A DNA stretch of 60,688 bases from Spirogloea muscicola (taxonomy: Eukaryota). Where the stretch lies: the NCBI GenBank assembly GCA_009602725.1, contig WELB01000018.1, positions 1,052,354-1,113,041 on the forward strand, written 5' to 3'. Positions 22,649 through 35,119 of this stretch are shown here, one piece after another. Below the pieces are notes generated by a model, which was not told where the DNA came from, did no database searches, and saw only the letters and a list, made by a program, of their open reading frames with translations. Made by a program: the position numbers and the translations under genes. How positions within the stretch are numbered: the stretch's first letter is position 1; each line of letters starts with the position of its first letter.

Positions 22649-25600
22649 ATGGCCGCCGCCGGCGGCGGCTTCGGGCCCGGCCCGCCCGCCGCGCCCGNNN
22701 NNNNNNNGGCGGCGGCGGCCGCGCCCGGCCTTCCGGGCCAGGCGGCGGCGCGACGGCGTGGGGCATGGCCGGACAACGCGGCACAGACGACGTCCGGTGC
22801 GCGCCCGCGCCCGCGCCCACCGCCACCTCTTCCGGCTCGACAGGCGGCTACAGCTCTCGCTGCGGCTTGTACACGGCCAGCGCACGCGTGCTCACCCGGG
22901 GAAGCTGTCGTTCTGCGCTGTGCAGCAAGGAGGACGCCCTCCGGCAGCTCCGGCTGCAGCGCTTTGGCGCCGCCGAGCTGGCGGAGGTCCCGCCCGCGGC
23001 GGGGGAGCGCGAGCCCTCTCCGGTGTACGAGCAAGCCCCGCCCGACGCTGGCGGCAACGCGATGGTGGACGGCGACGACGGCGACTACCGCAGCGTGGAG
23101 GCCATCCAGGGGACTTGCCCGGACATGTGCCCTCGTGAGCGTTGGCCTGACATGTCCTGGCGCCGTCGCTCGCTGCCTAGGGTTGATCCTCATGAGAACG
23201 CCTCGGCCCTTGCTACGCCGAGCAAGGCCAATGAGCGATGGCCTCGCAAGCTTCCAGCGGGCGAGGATTGTGGTATCAGCATCTTCTTAGCTCCTTGCCG
23301 GCAGTAGCTGAGCAGTAGTTGCAGAAGCACACATGACCTGTCTGGTGTGTTGATGGTGGAATCGGTGCCCTTTCAGTGCCCTTTCTTATGGAGGCAAATT
23401 GCTGCGTGTGCTCCTCCACAGAACAGGAGAGGGAAGAGCGCGAGCGCAAAGGCGACCTGGATCGTTACGAGCGCGTAGACGGCGACAGAAAGCGGACCAC
23501 TGCCGACCTCGCCGTAAAGAAGGTGAGCCTTGGGGTCTATTCCACCAGTTGAACAATTGTCACCAGAGGTGCTTGCACTCCGCCCTACCAATGCTGAGCC
23601 TGATCGTCTGACTGGAGGTTGTGGGGTCGGACGTTGCTTCGACAGTACACACGGACAGCACTGCGGGAGGAGGTGCTGATCCGCCCAATGCCCGTGCTGC
23701 ACGCCACGATGGGGCACCTGCTCAGCCTCCTGGATCGGCCATACGCGCCTGAGGCGGAGCTCCTCCCCTTGCACAGCTTTCTCTGGGATCGCATGCGTGC
23801 CGTTCGCATGGACCTCCGCATGCAGCACCTCTTCAACGCCGAGGCCATGATGATGCACGAGCAGATGGTGAGCGGCAAGGCTCCTGCTGCAGCTACCTCT
23901 GCTGCCCTGTGGTACTTTAGAGCCATCTCCTCTGGAGACCTGCTGTGGGCGCGAGGGCGTACGTACTACGAAGCTGCTGGACTTGCACTCATTGCACAAG
24001 ATTGCCTCCTTTGATACCTGTATATGGGGACTTTGTCGACCAGTAAGGAAGATGCAGTCCGGGCGAGTGCAAGCTCCGGAAATCTTACAGGGCTCTACAC
24101 AACCAGGCACGCTAGTCCTGGCATTATCTCCTCCAACGTGTACCTCGTGACTGTGTCATGCTCGTCCAAGCAGATACGCTTCCATATCCTGGCTATGCAC
24201 GAGCTCTGCGAGTTCCCAAAGGGCGAGGGCTTTGTGGAGGGCTTTGATGCCCACCTGAACATAGAGCAGATGAACAAGGCGTCAGTGGACCTCTTTGAGA
24301 TGTATGATGACCACCACAAGCGGGGCGAGGACTCTGCCAGCGAACCAGAATTCCGGGGTTATTATGCACTGCTCAAAGTGGATCGCCACCCTGGCTTCAA
24401 GGTGGCGCAGCTACCTCTTTAGAAGCAAGGTTTTTGTTATTGAGCTGGAATTTATGTACCATCTCAGAGCGGGCCCGGGGATGATTATACAATTGCCGGC
24501 GAGTCTGCAGGTGGAGCCGGCTGAATTATCGCTTGAGCTTTCGCGGATGACGCCTGAGATGCGCAACTCCCCTGAAGTGCGCTTTGCTCGAGAAGTGGCC
24601 CGGTTCAGTCAATCCCCCTCCAAAAGTTGTTTGCAAGCTCATTGGAAGATTGCCTGCTCTTGTTCGCAAAGCAAGCACGTGAATGGGAACATCCATCTTA
24701 TCCTCATCAGAAAGATTGGGGGTCTGATATGCCTACCATAGCAAGGGGATCGATGAGGCTAGATATTCTGGCTGTCTTTGCTGACCTAACTTTGCGTGGG
24801 TAATTTCAGAGCTTTGAGGCTCGGCAACTTCGTGGCCTTCTTTCGATTGGCTCGCCGGGCAACCTACCTGCAAGCGTGCTTAATGCACGCGCACTTTGCC
24901 AAGGTCTCTACCTGATTCTCAGCCTACCTTACACCAGAGCTTTGGAGATGATGAGCAAGTGCACCTGTCCAGTCCTGCTGGCCTCGTCAGGTGCATAGTC
25001 CAGATTTTCACTGAGCTCCTGTTGGTGCTCTCAGATGAGGACACATGCACTGGCAGCCATGCACAGCAGCCTGCAGAAGATGCAAGGAGTATCCATGCCT
25101 ACGATTGTGCAATGGCTTGCCATGGAGGTATGCATCTACAATGCTGAGCACCAAATGAATACTTTGCTGAAGCCTCTTGAGCCAAAACAGCGTTGTAGGC
25201 CTACTTGGAGTTGTCCACGTTGTTGACGCGATGGGGTTTTCGTCTTTACTGGGCAGAACGAGGACATTGGAAGCTTGCTGGCGTTTCATGGGTTAGAGGC
25301 TGCGCAGCCTGCTCCAGGAGAGGCGGAGGTGCAGATGATGAAGTCAGGCCAGCTGCAGAATAAGGACCTCGACTTCGTCACATCGCAATCGTACCTGGTG
25401 AAGGGCAAACGGTCGTCCATGGTGGTGCAGGATGTGCTGTCTCATGGTACGCTACACCAGTGTCTTCAGCTTGGAAACTGCCAATGCACGCCCAATGTCA
25501 ACTGCGACCACGATTTGAATCACCATCATATGCAGTTCATGCTGCAGGACCTTATTCTTTGACGGTGTACGTGCACAACACTTGCAGAAAAACCAGGGGT

Positions 25601-28600
25601 AATGCCAGGAGTAAGCCTGGCTAGGGATGCGACAGCAGCAGTAGCCACTTTGGACCAAGCTGGGCCTGGTCGGGCCATTTTCGGTGCAGCAGAGCATATG
25701 AAGGAGCCCTTTCAAACGACGGCAACCATTGGTTGGCTTCCCGCTACTCAAGGCCAAGCAGGCGGCTTTCCTCCAGGTCCTTATCTATATGGTCAAGTTC
25801 CTCAAATTGTTGTGCCAACACCAGTCCCACCAACGGCCTCATCTGTTAACCTTGTTTTCTCAGCAGATCTCCAGGATAAGAATAAGGTGAGAAAGTAGAA
25901 CTCTGCCATTTACCAGCTTGCGCTTCGGCAATCAATCCATATAGGCATGCACAAATCTTACTCAATGGGCATCCCAGTGGCTTGCGAACATTACTGGAGC
26001 TATCATGTTATCTATTAATGTGCTTTGACATATGCAAAGTGTGTTGAGCAGCGAGCGGAGGAAGAACGAAGGAGAGCAGAAAGGCAGCAGCACGAGGCCC
26101 AATCTGCAGCCTTACAACGTCAATCAGAGCAGAGACAGAGAGAGGAGGACGAAAGGGAAAGAGAGAGATTTGTGCGAGCTCAAAGAGCACAGAGGGAACA
26201 GGAGGAAAGGCAGAGGAAGTTGGAGCAGGAGGCTGAGGAAGAGCAAGAGCGGAAGAAGAGGAGGGAGGAGGAGTTGCGACTCAAGCACGAGCAGATGGCC
26301 CAGGCAGAGGCCAAGAGAGTGGCCTTGATGAAGAAGCTTGTGCAGCAGAAAGCCGAGTTTGAGAAAGGCTTACAGCATCTTTATTTCAGGTCAGGCAGGA
26401 TGATTGAGTATGAGATCTGCCTGTGGAATAGAATGTCGTTGCAGCAAACTTACTATGTTCTGCCTCACCATCATGCAAAGTGCTCTGCCTGATTGAGAAA
26501 CTAAGTGCTGATCGCAGGCGCTGGAGTAATCGCACAGCTGAGTTCAAACAAAGGCGTGAGCGTGCTCAGGCAGCGCTGGAAGCGTGCTCAATCAATGCAC
26601 CTTTTCGTTCTGCAGATCAGGTATTGATGGATTGCAGTATATGTTCTCCCAGCTTGTGCATGAGGTGTTTGCCCTGTCCCTGACACGAGCTTGCTTATGA
26701 CAAACTACAGTCACATGCCACAGTGGAGAAGCATGCAGCGAGGATGGCGGATGATGTTAGGGCGATCTGGGGAGTCCGCACAGCCAAGGAGGCGAACCTT
26801 TGGTCGCCACTTCACGTACCGTCGCTGGTTCTGACGAGCCTCAGGCGGCAGAGCTCGGCAACACCGGTCCTCGTGTGGAAGCTTCTTGTGGCCTCCCGCT
26901 TGCATGATTCTCCGCCACTTGGCAGCAAAGTTCGTGACGCCCTGCCTCCGCATCTCATCGAGCTCGTGCACTATGAACCTTGCATAGCTTGGCTACAACT
27001 ATTTTCCACACTGCACTTGAATTTGATTGCTGTAGCACGCACAAGCCAGGCATTGAGTAAGCTGTTGCAACCTGCAGGGCGAGCAAAGTAGAAGGTCCTT
27101 GCCTTCAAGGTGGTTGTGGGCCAAGTTGAGTCAGGAAGGAGGCTGCCAGTCTCATGAGCAGCGCAGAGCAAGCATCAATTATCTTGCAGAGGTCACAAAG
27201 ACGGGCGAGGAGCGCACAAGTGCAGCCATGCGTGGACAGGGCGAGCACCTATGGTTCATTGGGGAGGATGTAAGTTTCACCAAGGCGGCAGTGGCGTCGC
27301 CTCAGCCAGCAAAGGGTGTGTCAGGCCTCATCTTCCTTGTGGCCGAGGACAGCCCGCTGGCGCTTGAGAGACGACGGTTGCAGGCCATGGTCAATTGCCT
27401 GCTCCCCAGGTCGCAAGTGCCCCTCCTGGTGCTGTGCCGCAGAGCCCCAAGCGAAGGCGAGCACAATCTTGCGCAAGGGCTGGGCTTGGCCAGCCTGGAC
27501 CGAAGTCGAGTGTCATGCTGGAGAATCACTGTGGTGATGGAACAAGAGGCTGGGCAGGGGTGGTCAACGACCAACGACGATGCCTCCGCTGGCAGCAGGC
27601 ACGCCATGCAGGGCCGCATTCAGAGGGCGCCTCTGCTGAACGCCGCTGCGCCGATGCAGGTGTGTAAATAAGCTCGGATGGTTGACTCCTGTGTCAGCCA
27701 GAGCTGTCCCTTATTGCTGTGCGGTGCATCATGGTGCCTTAACACTCCTGAAGTGGAAGGAGACACGTTCACAAAGTCACTTGCCCATGCCACAGGCCTT
27801 GCAGGAGGCGATGGGGCAGGAGGCTGGTGGTTACCTGTCCGAAGCGCCATTGCGACACGGGTTGATATGGATGGCCGACAATGCACCACATCAGCCGGCA
27901 CTGCGACAGGTGCACGCACAGTCGCTTGTGCAGGAGCTTTTGGAGCCGCATTGTAAGCTCCTTCTGGCCATGGATCCAAGCAAGGTCACCCCGGAGAGGT
28001 GCATTACCATTTTCAACCGGGCTCTGGCAAAGGCTGCAGACAAGGTACACAACCAACATGTTTGCCAAGGCCCTTCTTTCCAGAGGATCACTGATGCCTT
28101 GGACGGTGCCACAGATCAGACTGCCTATGTCCCTGCCATCTGCCTTCTCTCATTGGACGCTGGTAGACATCCGGCGCCCTCATTTCGTGCTGGCTTTTGG
28201 TGCTGTATCAGGTCGCCACTACGGGGCGTATGGCGCCTCCAGGGTGGCCTCCGCCAGAGATCAGGAGCCTTGAGCCCAGCCCCTTCCACTTGTGGGCGCG
28301 ATCCACCTTGCCGCCCGTTGGCTGGAGCAGTGTCGCGACGTTGGACTCTATCTTGAGGACAATTCAGGCCCTTAGGCTTCCTCTGTTTGATGCCTTGGCT
28401 AGCGGCCACGGCTTGGGGAACTCATTGGCGTGGACTCAGCTGTCCTCCAGAGTGGGAGGCGAGACTTCCTGCCAAGGTTGGCCGAGTCCAACGATCGCTG
28501 CAGGGAAGGCAGATATTGCCGCCCAGATAAGCCTCATGCAGACTCGCCTGCGCAATTACCTGGCCGCAACTCTGCAAGATGGAGCTTGGAAGGAGGTCAG

Positions 28601-29835
28601 TCGATGGGAAGGAAGCGCCCTGGCTTGGGCATTCAGCCCACATCCTGTGCCGCCCAGGTGGGCCGCCATTTTCCTGGAGATCTTCAATCTCCGCCTGGCT
28701 GGCCTTGCTGGAGAGCCCCCACTTATGGTCTACGTGGTGAGCATGGCTGCTGAGCTCGTCCGTGTGGCTGTTATGCTCTCGCCTCATGTAATCCCTTACA
28801 TGCAGCATCACTTACAGTCATTTGGGGGTCTTGCGGGCTGCGCAGGTCGCCCTGAGCTCTGGCACTATGGATGAGATGGACGAGGACGAGAGGAGGCTTG
28901 CTTTTGCTGAGGAGGTGATGAGGAGCACACAGCCAACTCTCTCACCTGTCTTTGAGCTCAGAAAGAACCAAGGCGAGTCAGCTGCCACTGCAGAGGAACA
29001 AAGCTGGCATCTAAAGGCAGGTGCTGTGGAAAGGGGGATGCTCGGGGCTTCTCCTATTGCGGTGACAACTCCTCGAGCTGCGCTGCGGGTGTTGCGGGCC
29101 CAAGTACAAGATGGCAGCACACCTTGGAGATCAAGCTCAATGATCACCAAGTCGCGCAAGCAGGTAGAGTTGGTACGAGCGACATTGACCAATGATAGCT
29201 CAGAAGAGGTCTGGCTGGGCGCCCTAGCAGCAGCTGCCGACGAGGAGCTCTGCCCCTTCTCCACGCCATTGATAGCAGACAGACATGTAGAGACTTCGAG
29301 ATTGGATGTGGAGGAGCTGAGCACCCCTCTGAGGGCAAAACGCAAGGAGCATGGAGGAGAGGAGCACTGGCAGGAGATTTTTGTAGAGAGAAGGAAGCGC
29401 AGGGTAGCCGCGAGCGAGCAGCTCAGTAAGGTGCATGCTGCAACTACAGCAGCAGAAGACAAGTACAGGTCGGTGCTTGGCGAGGTGAGCAATTTGATTG
29501 CTCAGCAGAGGGCACTGCTGAGCAGCTACCAGCCGCTGGTTGGTGACAACCTCTTGGTTGGAGACGTGGAATCACCATCCTACTACATGCTGCCCTCCCC
29601 ACATGCGGACTCTTTCAAGGCACTTTCTTTGGAGCAGCCTGAGCAGGCTGCAGCAGGGGGCGCTGGCAACTTAGAGGTTGGCCAGGAAGCCGCCCTGGCC
29701 ATTAGAGTTGAGCAAATGCTTGAGGTCAACGCTGCCAACAGGTTTGAGGATCTCCTTTGGCAGTGCCACAAGGTCCAGGTGTCGGTGCAGAAGGAGCTCG
29801 AGCATGTCATAGGAGATGACATCAAGGCCAACTAA
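22649..29835 (+). CDS. SAC3B: SAC3/GANP family protein (TREX-2 scaffold, SAC3B-like), multi-exon
   Basis: IQGTCPDMCP, ERERKGDLDRYERVDGDR, LIRPMPVL, FLWDRMRAVRMDLRMQH, IRFHILAMHELCE..KGEGF.EGFDAHLNIEQMNK and EPEFRGYYALL. C-terminus LLWQCHKVQ. Confidence 0.95.
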
Positions 29836-30131
29836 ACGCCTGCAGAGTTGAGCAGCCTCGCTGGCCTGGGGTCACTTATTCTTTGAAGCAGCTGTTATAC
29901 CTGCTTCTATCCACGGCGACTACTACCTGCCAGGCTGCACATGCATGAGGTGTCTAATCAGGCGGCTATATTACCTTGTGTTAATGAATCTGTCAAGGAC
30001 ATTGTCTTGGTGGAGGATGCTAAGATTGCAATGTGGCACAAATCTTTGGTAGCAAAGAGCGCTGGTGCAAGTCTGGACTAAAGTGCAACCTCTTGTAGCA
30101 TCCGGCTAATGGCAGCATGCTGGCCGTGGCC

Positions 30132-31559
30132 TCAATATGGCCTGGGGTGGCCAGGCTCTATCAGTGCCGGCGGATAATAATTGCAGACAAAGAATTGCGC
30201 AACGCCTTTGAAGTCCCCATGGTACGGGCAGTACACCTGTGAGCAGGTTAACGCATTAAAGAGTCAGAGCAAATCAATGTCACCTGGGGTGGCTTGCCAT
30301 GAAGGAAGATATTGGTAGCAGGCTTCCAGATCCACCTTCCATTTTACTACATTCGCAAGCAACAGACAAGCACTTGATGCCGTGACTCCTTCCGTCAGGA
30401 AGGACACAGGGATGGAAAAGGCTGGCAGACAATGCACCTCGCCGCAGCCGACCATCTTGGTGTTCCGCCACACAACCTGCAGGTATGCAGCACAGTCCTC
30501 GCCCTCCTCGCACCGGTTCTCTTCGTGGTCGTAGTTGCGGCCCTGCTGGACCCACTCGCGCACCGTCTCTTGCACCGACCAGGGGTCTTGCCCGTGCTCG
30601 TACACCGCCCAGTACAGGTTCTCGCCGTACTTGTCATTGTCCTCGTTGAACTCGGGCGCGCAGTTGGCGTTGTTCTGCACCGAACCCCCATGCGCCTGTG
30701 CATACCGCGCCACAGCCTTGTCCCAGACTAGCGGCGCATCCTGGTAGTGCTTCTCCCTGATGCACCAGTGACGCACCAGAGAAAGGGTACGCTGAGATGC
30801 ACGCATCTTGGCAAGGTCCTCGACCAAGTCGCCAGAGCAGCGCAGACAAAAGGCCGCAGCGCAATCGCCGCAAATGCTCGGCCAGGGGCAGATGGCAGGA
30901 CTTCAGCAGCCCTTCACGCGATTCTCGACACGTCACAGGAGGAGCGCACCTCTCCTTGTTGTGGCCCTCGACCCATCTCCGAATGGTCAGCGCGTCGTAG
31001 AGCTTGCGCCGGGTGCTGGCCTCCTCCAAGACGCGGGCGATCCACGCCTCGGCCGTGCCGTTGCGGCCGTCGGCATGCGTCTGGGGGGGCGGCGAAGAGA
31101 AGGCCAGACGAGGTGCTTGAGCTAAGACAGTGTGTCACTGCGGTTGGCGAGTTCAGCGGGTCTCGCCAGCAAGCTTGGCCACTCGAGGCCGCCTGCGGAA
31201 GCTCGGAGAGTCTGGCCCCGCGTGCGAGCTCACCCGGAAGACCAGAGGCGGAGGGCCGGGCCTCGCTCCGCGGCGGCCATCGCCCGCGGCGGCGGCGGCC
31301 ACGGGCTCTTTCCTGGCGACGGCGCCTGCGGGCCAGGCCGGGCCAGGCGCGAGGCGTGCAGAGGTGAGCGCGGAGCGCGCCGCTGCTTCACCAAGGACTC
31401 GCTTCTGCAGGCCGTTGCGGCGCACAGCGGCGCGGCGGCGAAGACGTCTCACCAGCGAGGCTGGCGAGGAGCAGCACGGCAATGGCCAGGTGCCGCGGGC
31501 CGCACTTGCAGCCGCCGCCTCGAGCGGGCGCGGGGCCGCCGGCAGCGGCGGCGGGCGGG
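30132..31559 (-). CDS. Secreted CAP/SCP (PR-1-like) protein A, spliced; start probably in gap
   Basis: Signal-like HLAIAVLLLASLA, then WVEGHNKER, PLVWD..VARYAQ, YGENLYW, QVVWRNTKMVGCG and FFVCNYYPP...RPY*. Confidence 0.9.
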
Positions 31560-31917
31560 NNNNNNNNNNNNNNNNNNNNNNNNNNNNNNNNNNNNNNNNN
31601 NNNNNNNNNNNNNNNNNNNNNNNNNNNNNNNNNNNNNNNNNNNNNNNNNNNNNNNNNNNNNNNNNNNNNNNNNNNNNNNNNNNNNNNNNNNNNNNNNNNN
31701 NNNNNNNNNNNNNNNNNNNNNNNNNNNNNNNNNNNNNNNNNNNNNNNNNNNNNNNNNNNNNNNNNNNNNNNNNNNNNNNNNNNNNNNNNNNNNNNNNNNN
31801 NNNNNNNNNNNNNNNNNNNNNNNNNNNNNNNNNNNNNNNNNNNNNNNNNNNNNNNNNNNNNNNNNNNNNNNNNNNNNNNNNNNNNNNNNNNNNNNNNNNN
31901 NNNNNNNNNNNNNNNNN

Positions 31918-33190
31918 CGCCACCGCCAAGCCGCACCGCCGGGCGCCATGGCCAAGCTGGGGCCCAGCTGCGCCGCGGCCGCCGGGCGCCGCTCTCCGTG
32001 CAGGCTGTCGCCCGTCGTGGCATGTCCGTAGCCTGAGCCGCTGGCGCCCGCGCTCGTCCCGCGTCCCCGAGCGCGTAGGTTCTGCCGCGGACGCCGGAGC
32101 CCTGCGTGGCGTCGAGGGAGCCGACAGGCCGCGGCCGCTGGCCGCCGGCGAGCGGCGCCCCAGCTGGCGGCGGGCTCGCGGCGGCCAGAGCATGGTCGCC
32201 ATCCGTCAGTGGCTGGACGCCCACAACACTGAGAGGCGCGCCCCGCTCTCCCGCGCGCTCTCTCGCGCCGGCTCTCGCTCTCTCGCAAGCCTCATCCTCA
32301 CTCCTGGGCTCGCGGTCTACCTACCCCTCCCTCCGCCCCCCACTCCCGCCCTCCCTCCCATCACAACACTACTTCCCCTCCCCCCCTCTCCTTGCCTCGC
32401 GTCTTCCCTACCCTTCATCCCTTCTCTCGCTCCCCTCCCACTCCTCTACCACCCTCTCCACTACAGACCGTACTGCTAGCTCCTCATCCAACTCACAGCG
32501 TCCCTCACTCACCCTGCACAATGGGTTCCTCCCTGCAGGCGCAGGTTCTTCAGTGGCCGGCCGCTGCTGTGGAGCAAGGACCTGGCCGCATTTGCACAGC
32601 AGCATGCCGATCGCGTCGCGGGCAGCGAGAGCTGCGCCCCCAGCTACAATCCCAGCAATGCGGGCTTTGGCGAGAACGTCTTCTACGGAGTTGTGGGCCA
32701 CAGCTTCGCCAGGTACCGCACTTGCCTTCTCGCTGCCGCGGTTTCAGCAGAGACCGCAGTGACCGACCCGTGTCTCAGCGGAGCAACTGCTGGGGCCAGG
32801 TACAACGCCCGCTCTGCGACGCAGGCGTGGATCGAGCAGGGCAAGGTGTACGACGAGGACGCAAACGCGTGCATGGTAGGCCAGGACTGCGCGGCATTCC
32901 TCCAGGTGGTGTGGCGCAACACCACCGCCTTTGGCTGCGCAGAGGTGACCACCCTGTCGATCCTCGTCAACCCGCTGCGTCAACCTCCCGCAGCGCACGT
33001 ACAGTTGACTGCCTGTCAAAGTCGGCCTTCTGGGCCAGCCGGGGTTGTGATGTTCTCGCATGCAGTGGGGCGTGTGTCGCTGCAGGCACTGTGCCCGTAC
33101 ACTGGTGGCGACATCAACGGCACTGCACAGTACTTCGTGTGCAACTACTGGCCTGCAGCCGCCGTGGTGGACGGCACGAGGCCCTACTGA
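31918..33190 (+). CDS. Secreted CAP/SCP (PR-1-like) protein B, spliced; 5' end uncertain (gap)
   Basis: WLDAHNTER|RRFFSGRPLLWSKDLAAFAQ, FGENVF, QVVWRNTTAFGCA and YFVCNYWPA...RPY*. Confidence 0.9.
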
Positions 33191-33789
33191 CGTGCCGCGG
33201 GCCTTGTCCTGAGCGATTCGAGCACACATTGCATGCCAGAAAGCCCTTGAGCATCTGCGACAGAACCTGCCAGTGCAGAAGTTGGTGCACCAAGTAAAGG
33301 AGCCCTCACGTGAGTCTGTTGCAACAAAGGGCAGCCCTCGGCCGAGTCATGAGCGTGCAGAAGAGCAGAAGAGCAGGCCAAAGCACAAGCCTCAACACCT
33401 TGCGGTACACTCCAGCCACGAGGATGACCTCGCCAGCACGGATTGGTTGTGAGATGCCAATCTGGATTGCAGGGCTTAGGCAGGTTGTGACCTGCTGTGC
33501 AGCTGGCATGATGGGCGGAACCTCGGTTGCGCCGCAGCCACCTGGCAGACCCGTCCACTGCCAAGAGGACATTGCTGCCGCGAATTTGTAGTTACCAACA
33601 TCAAGCCCTCTAGCTCTTTGGGACGGTGACAATCATGTGCAGCACCAGCTCCAAGGGTCCTCCGCGGTTGCTGCTGAGGCTGGAGATATGCAGCTCACGA
33701 GGTTGTAGCTGCTGCATCCTGCATCAGCCACTTGGCTTCCCCGCCCGCAACCCCCCCTCCCCCCCCCCTTAAACGAGTGCTCTAGTCGG

Positions 33790-34178
33790 ACGGTGCGATG
33801 GCTCGAGCTGCTCAACCAGCTCCTGCGCCACCCCATCTCCCGCCACTTCCACGGGGAGCCGGTGGACTTCCATGCAGCCGGACGTCTTGCGCAGGTGTAT
33901 CGCATGCGCTTGGCCGTCTCGCTGCAGCGGTCCATGGCTCGCGCGTTGCATCTTTGCGCCGGTCGAGCCCTTGCTGCCGCCTCTGGCCCTAGCCAGGGGC
34001 CCGCTACCAGGAGCCCAGTTTCTCTGACCTGCGGCTGCTCAGCAGGGGTTACTGAGTGCTTCGTAGCTGCTAAATTCCTTTTGTGCTTGACTGCTTTTAC
34101 GCATCCCCCAGCCCCTTCGAATCCTGTTCTTTTTGGGCTGGCCGTTCCCAGCCCCTATCCTCACGGGCGAGCACTTCT
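33790..34178 (+). mobile_element. 389-nt 5'-truncated retrotransposon copy (RLE tail plus 3' UTR with type B-like terminus) with 10-bp TSD
   Basis: Encodes RWLELLNQ...LAQVYRMRLAVSLQRSMARALHLCAGRALAAASG...SDLRLLSRGY* (frameshifted near the end). Flanked by CTCTAGTCGG at 33780-33789 and CTCTAGTTGG at 34179-34188. Confidence 0.85.
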
Positions 34179-35119
34179 CTCTAGTTGGGGCATTAGCGAT
34201 CCACACAGCACCAGCACTCTCTAAGACGGCCCAATACACCGCCCAGGACACAAGGCCCAAGTCACCGCCCAGGACGTAGGTGCTCGATGCTAGGCAGAGC
34301 GTGTATATGTTTTGTGAGATGATTCTCACAGTTGCAGGCAATGTTTTGGGGTGCGTTTGCGCTAGTCTTGCAGATTTGCCACTAAAGCCGAGCTCTAGCA
34401 GAATTTGGGCGAAGTGCGTTGGCATTTGAGGGAGAGCGCCGGTCGTTGCCAGCGGTGATCGCGCGTGCCAAGTCGCCTGCGGTAAGCAGGTTGACAATGC
34501 TCTGCAGAGGGCGGTGACCACGTGAGTCTGGCCCAACTCGCGGCTTCTGAGTAGAGGGTCAACAAATGCGGTAGCGCTTAAATGAAAGCCCCTCCCAAGA
34601 GGACGAATGCAGTCAGCCACTGCAGACCAAATGCTGCATACTTGTACCACACGTTCCAGTAGTTCTCCCAGAATGAGAAGTGTATTTTCGTTCTTCCCAA
34701 GACGTTACGGGCAGTCATTGTTCGAATCACTCAGAGTGGTACAAATCTTTATAAGATCACTTGCAACGACCAGGTGGAACACCCCAGCAGACAGCAGAAG
34801 TGATGGTACTATACACGTGCATTTTCTTAGAACTTCTGGCATGTCTTACAAATGACACATTGAAGAAAGTCCCAGTGTCCTTCTTGGTTCAGGTATAGGG
34901 ATATGAGCCAAGCCACTGCGCATGAAGCACTTGCACACACAGCCGAAGTCCTCGCCGTGTAGCACCACCATCAGGCGGTTAGTCCACCTCCTGCACCAGC
35001 CCGCAAATGCTCCAAGAGGGGCGCAGCTACAACCTCCTCGAGCCAGCCAGCAGCAATGTTCGGCAATGGGCTGTGGCAACAAGAAGCAGCAAGGCTGCCT
35101 CACTGTGGGCTTCAGCGGT

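Noticed and set aside
34190..35110. 203-aa minus ORF (34039-34650) and adjacent AT-richer DNA
   Set aside because: No recognisable motif and weak codon bias. Its 3' part runs through a retrotransposon insert. It may be decayed DNA but I cannot support a gene.
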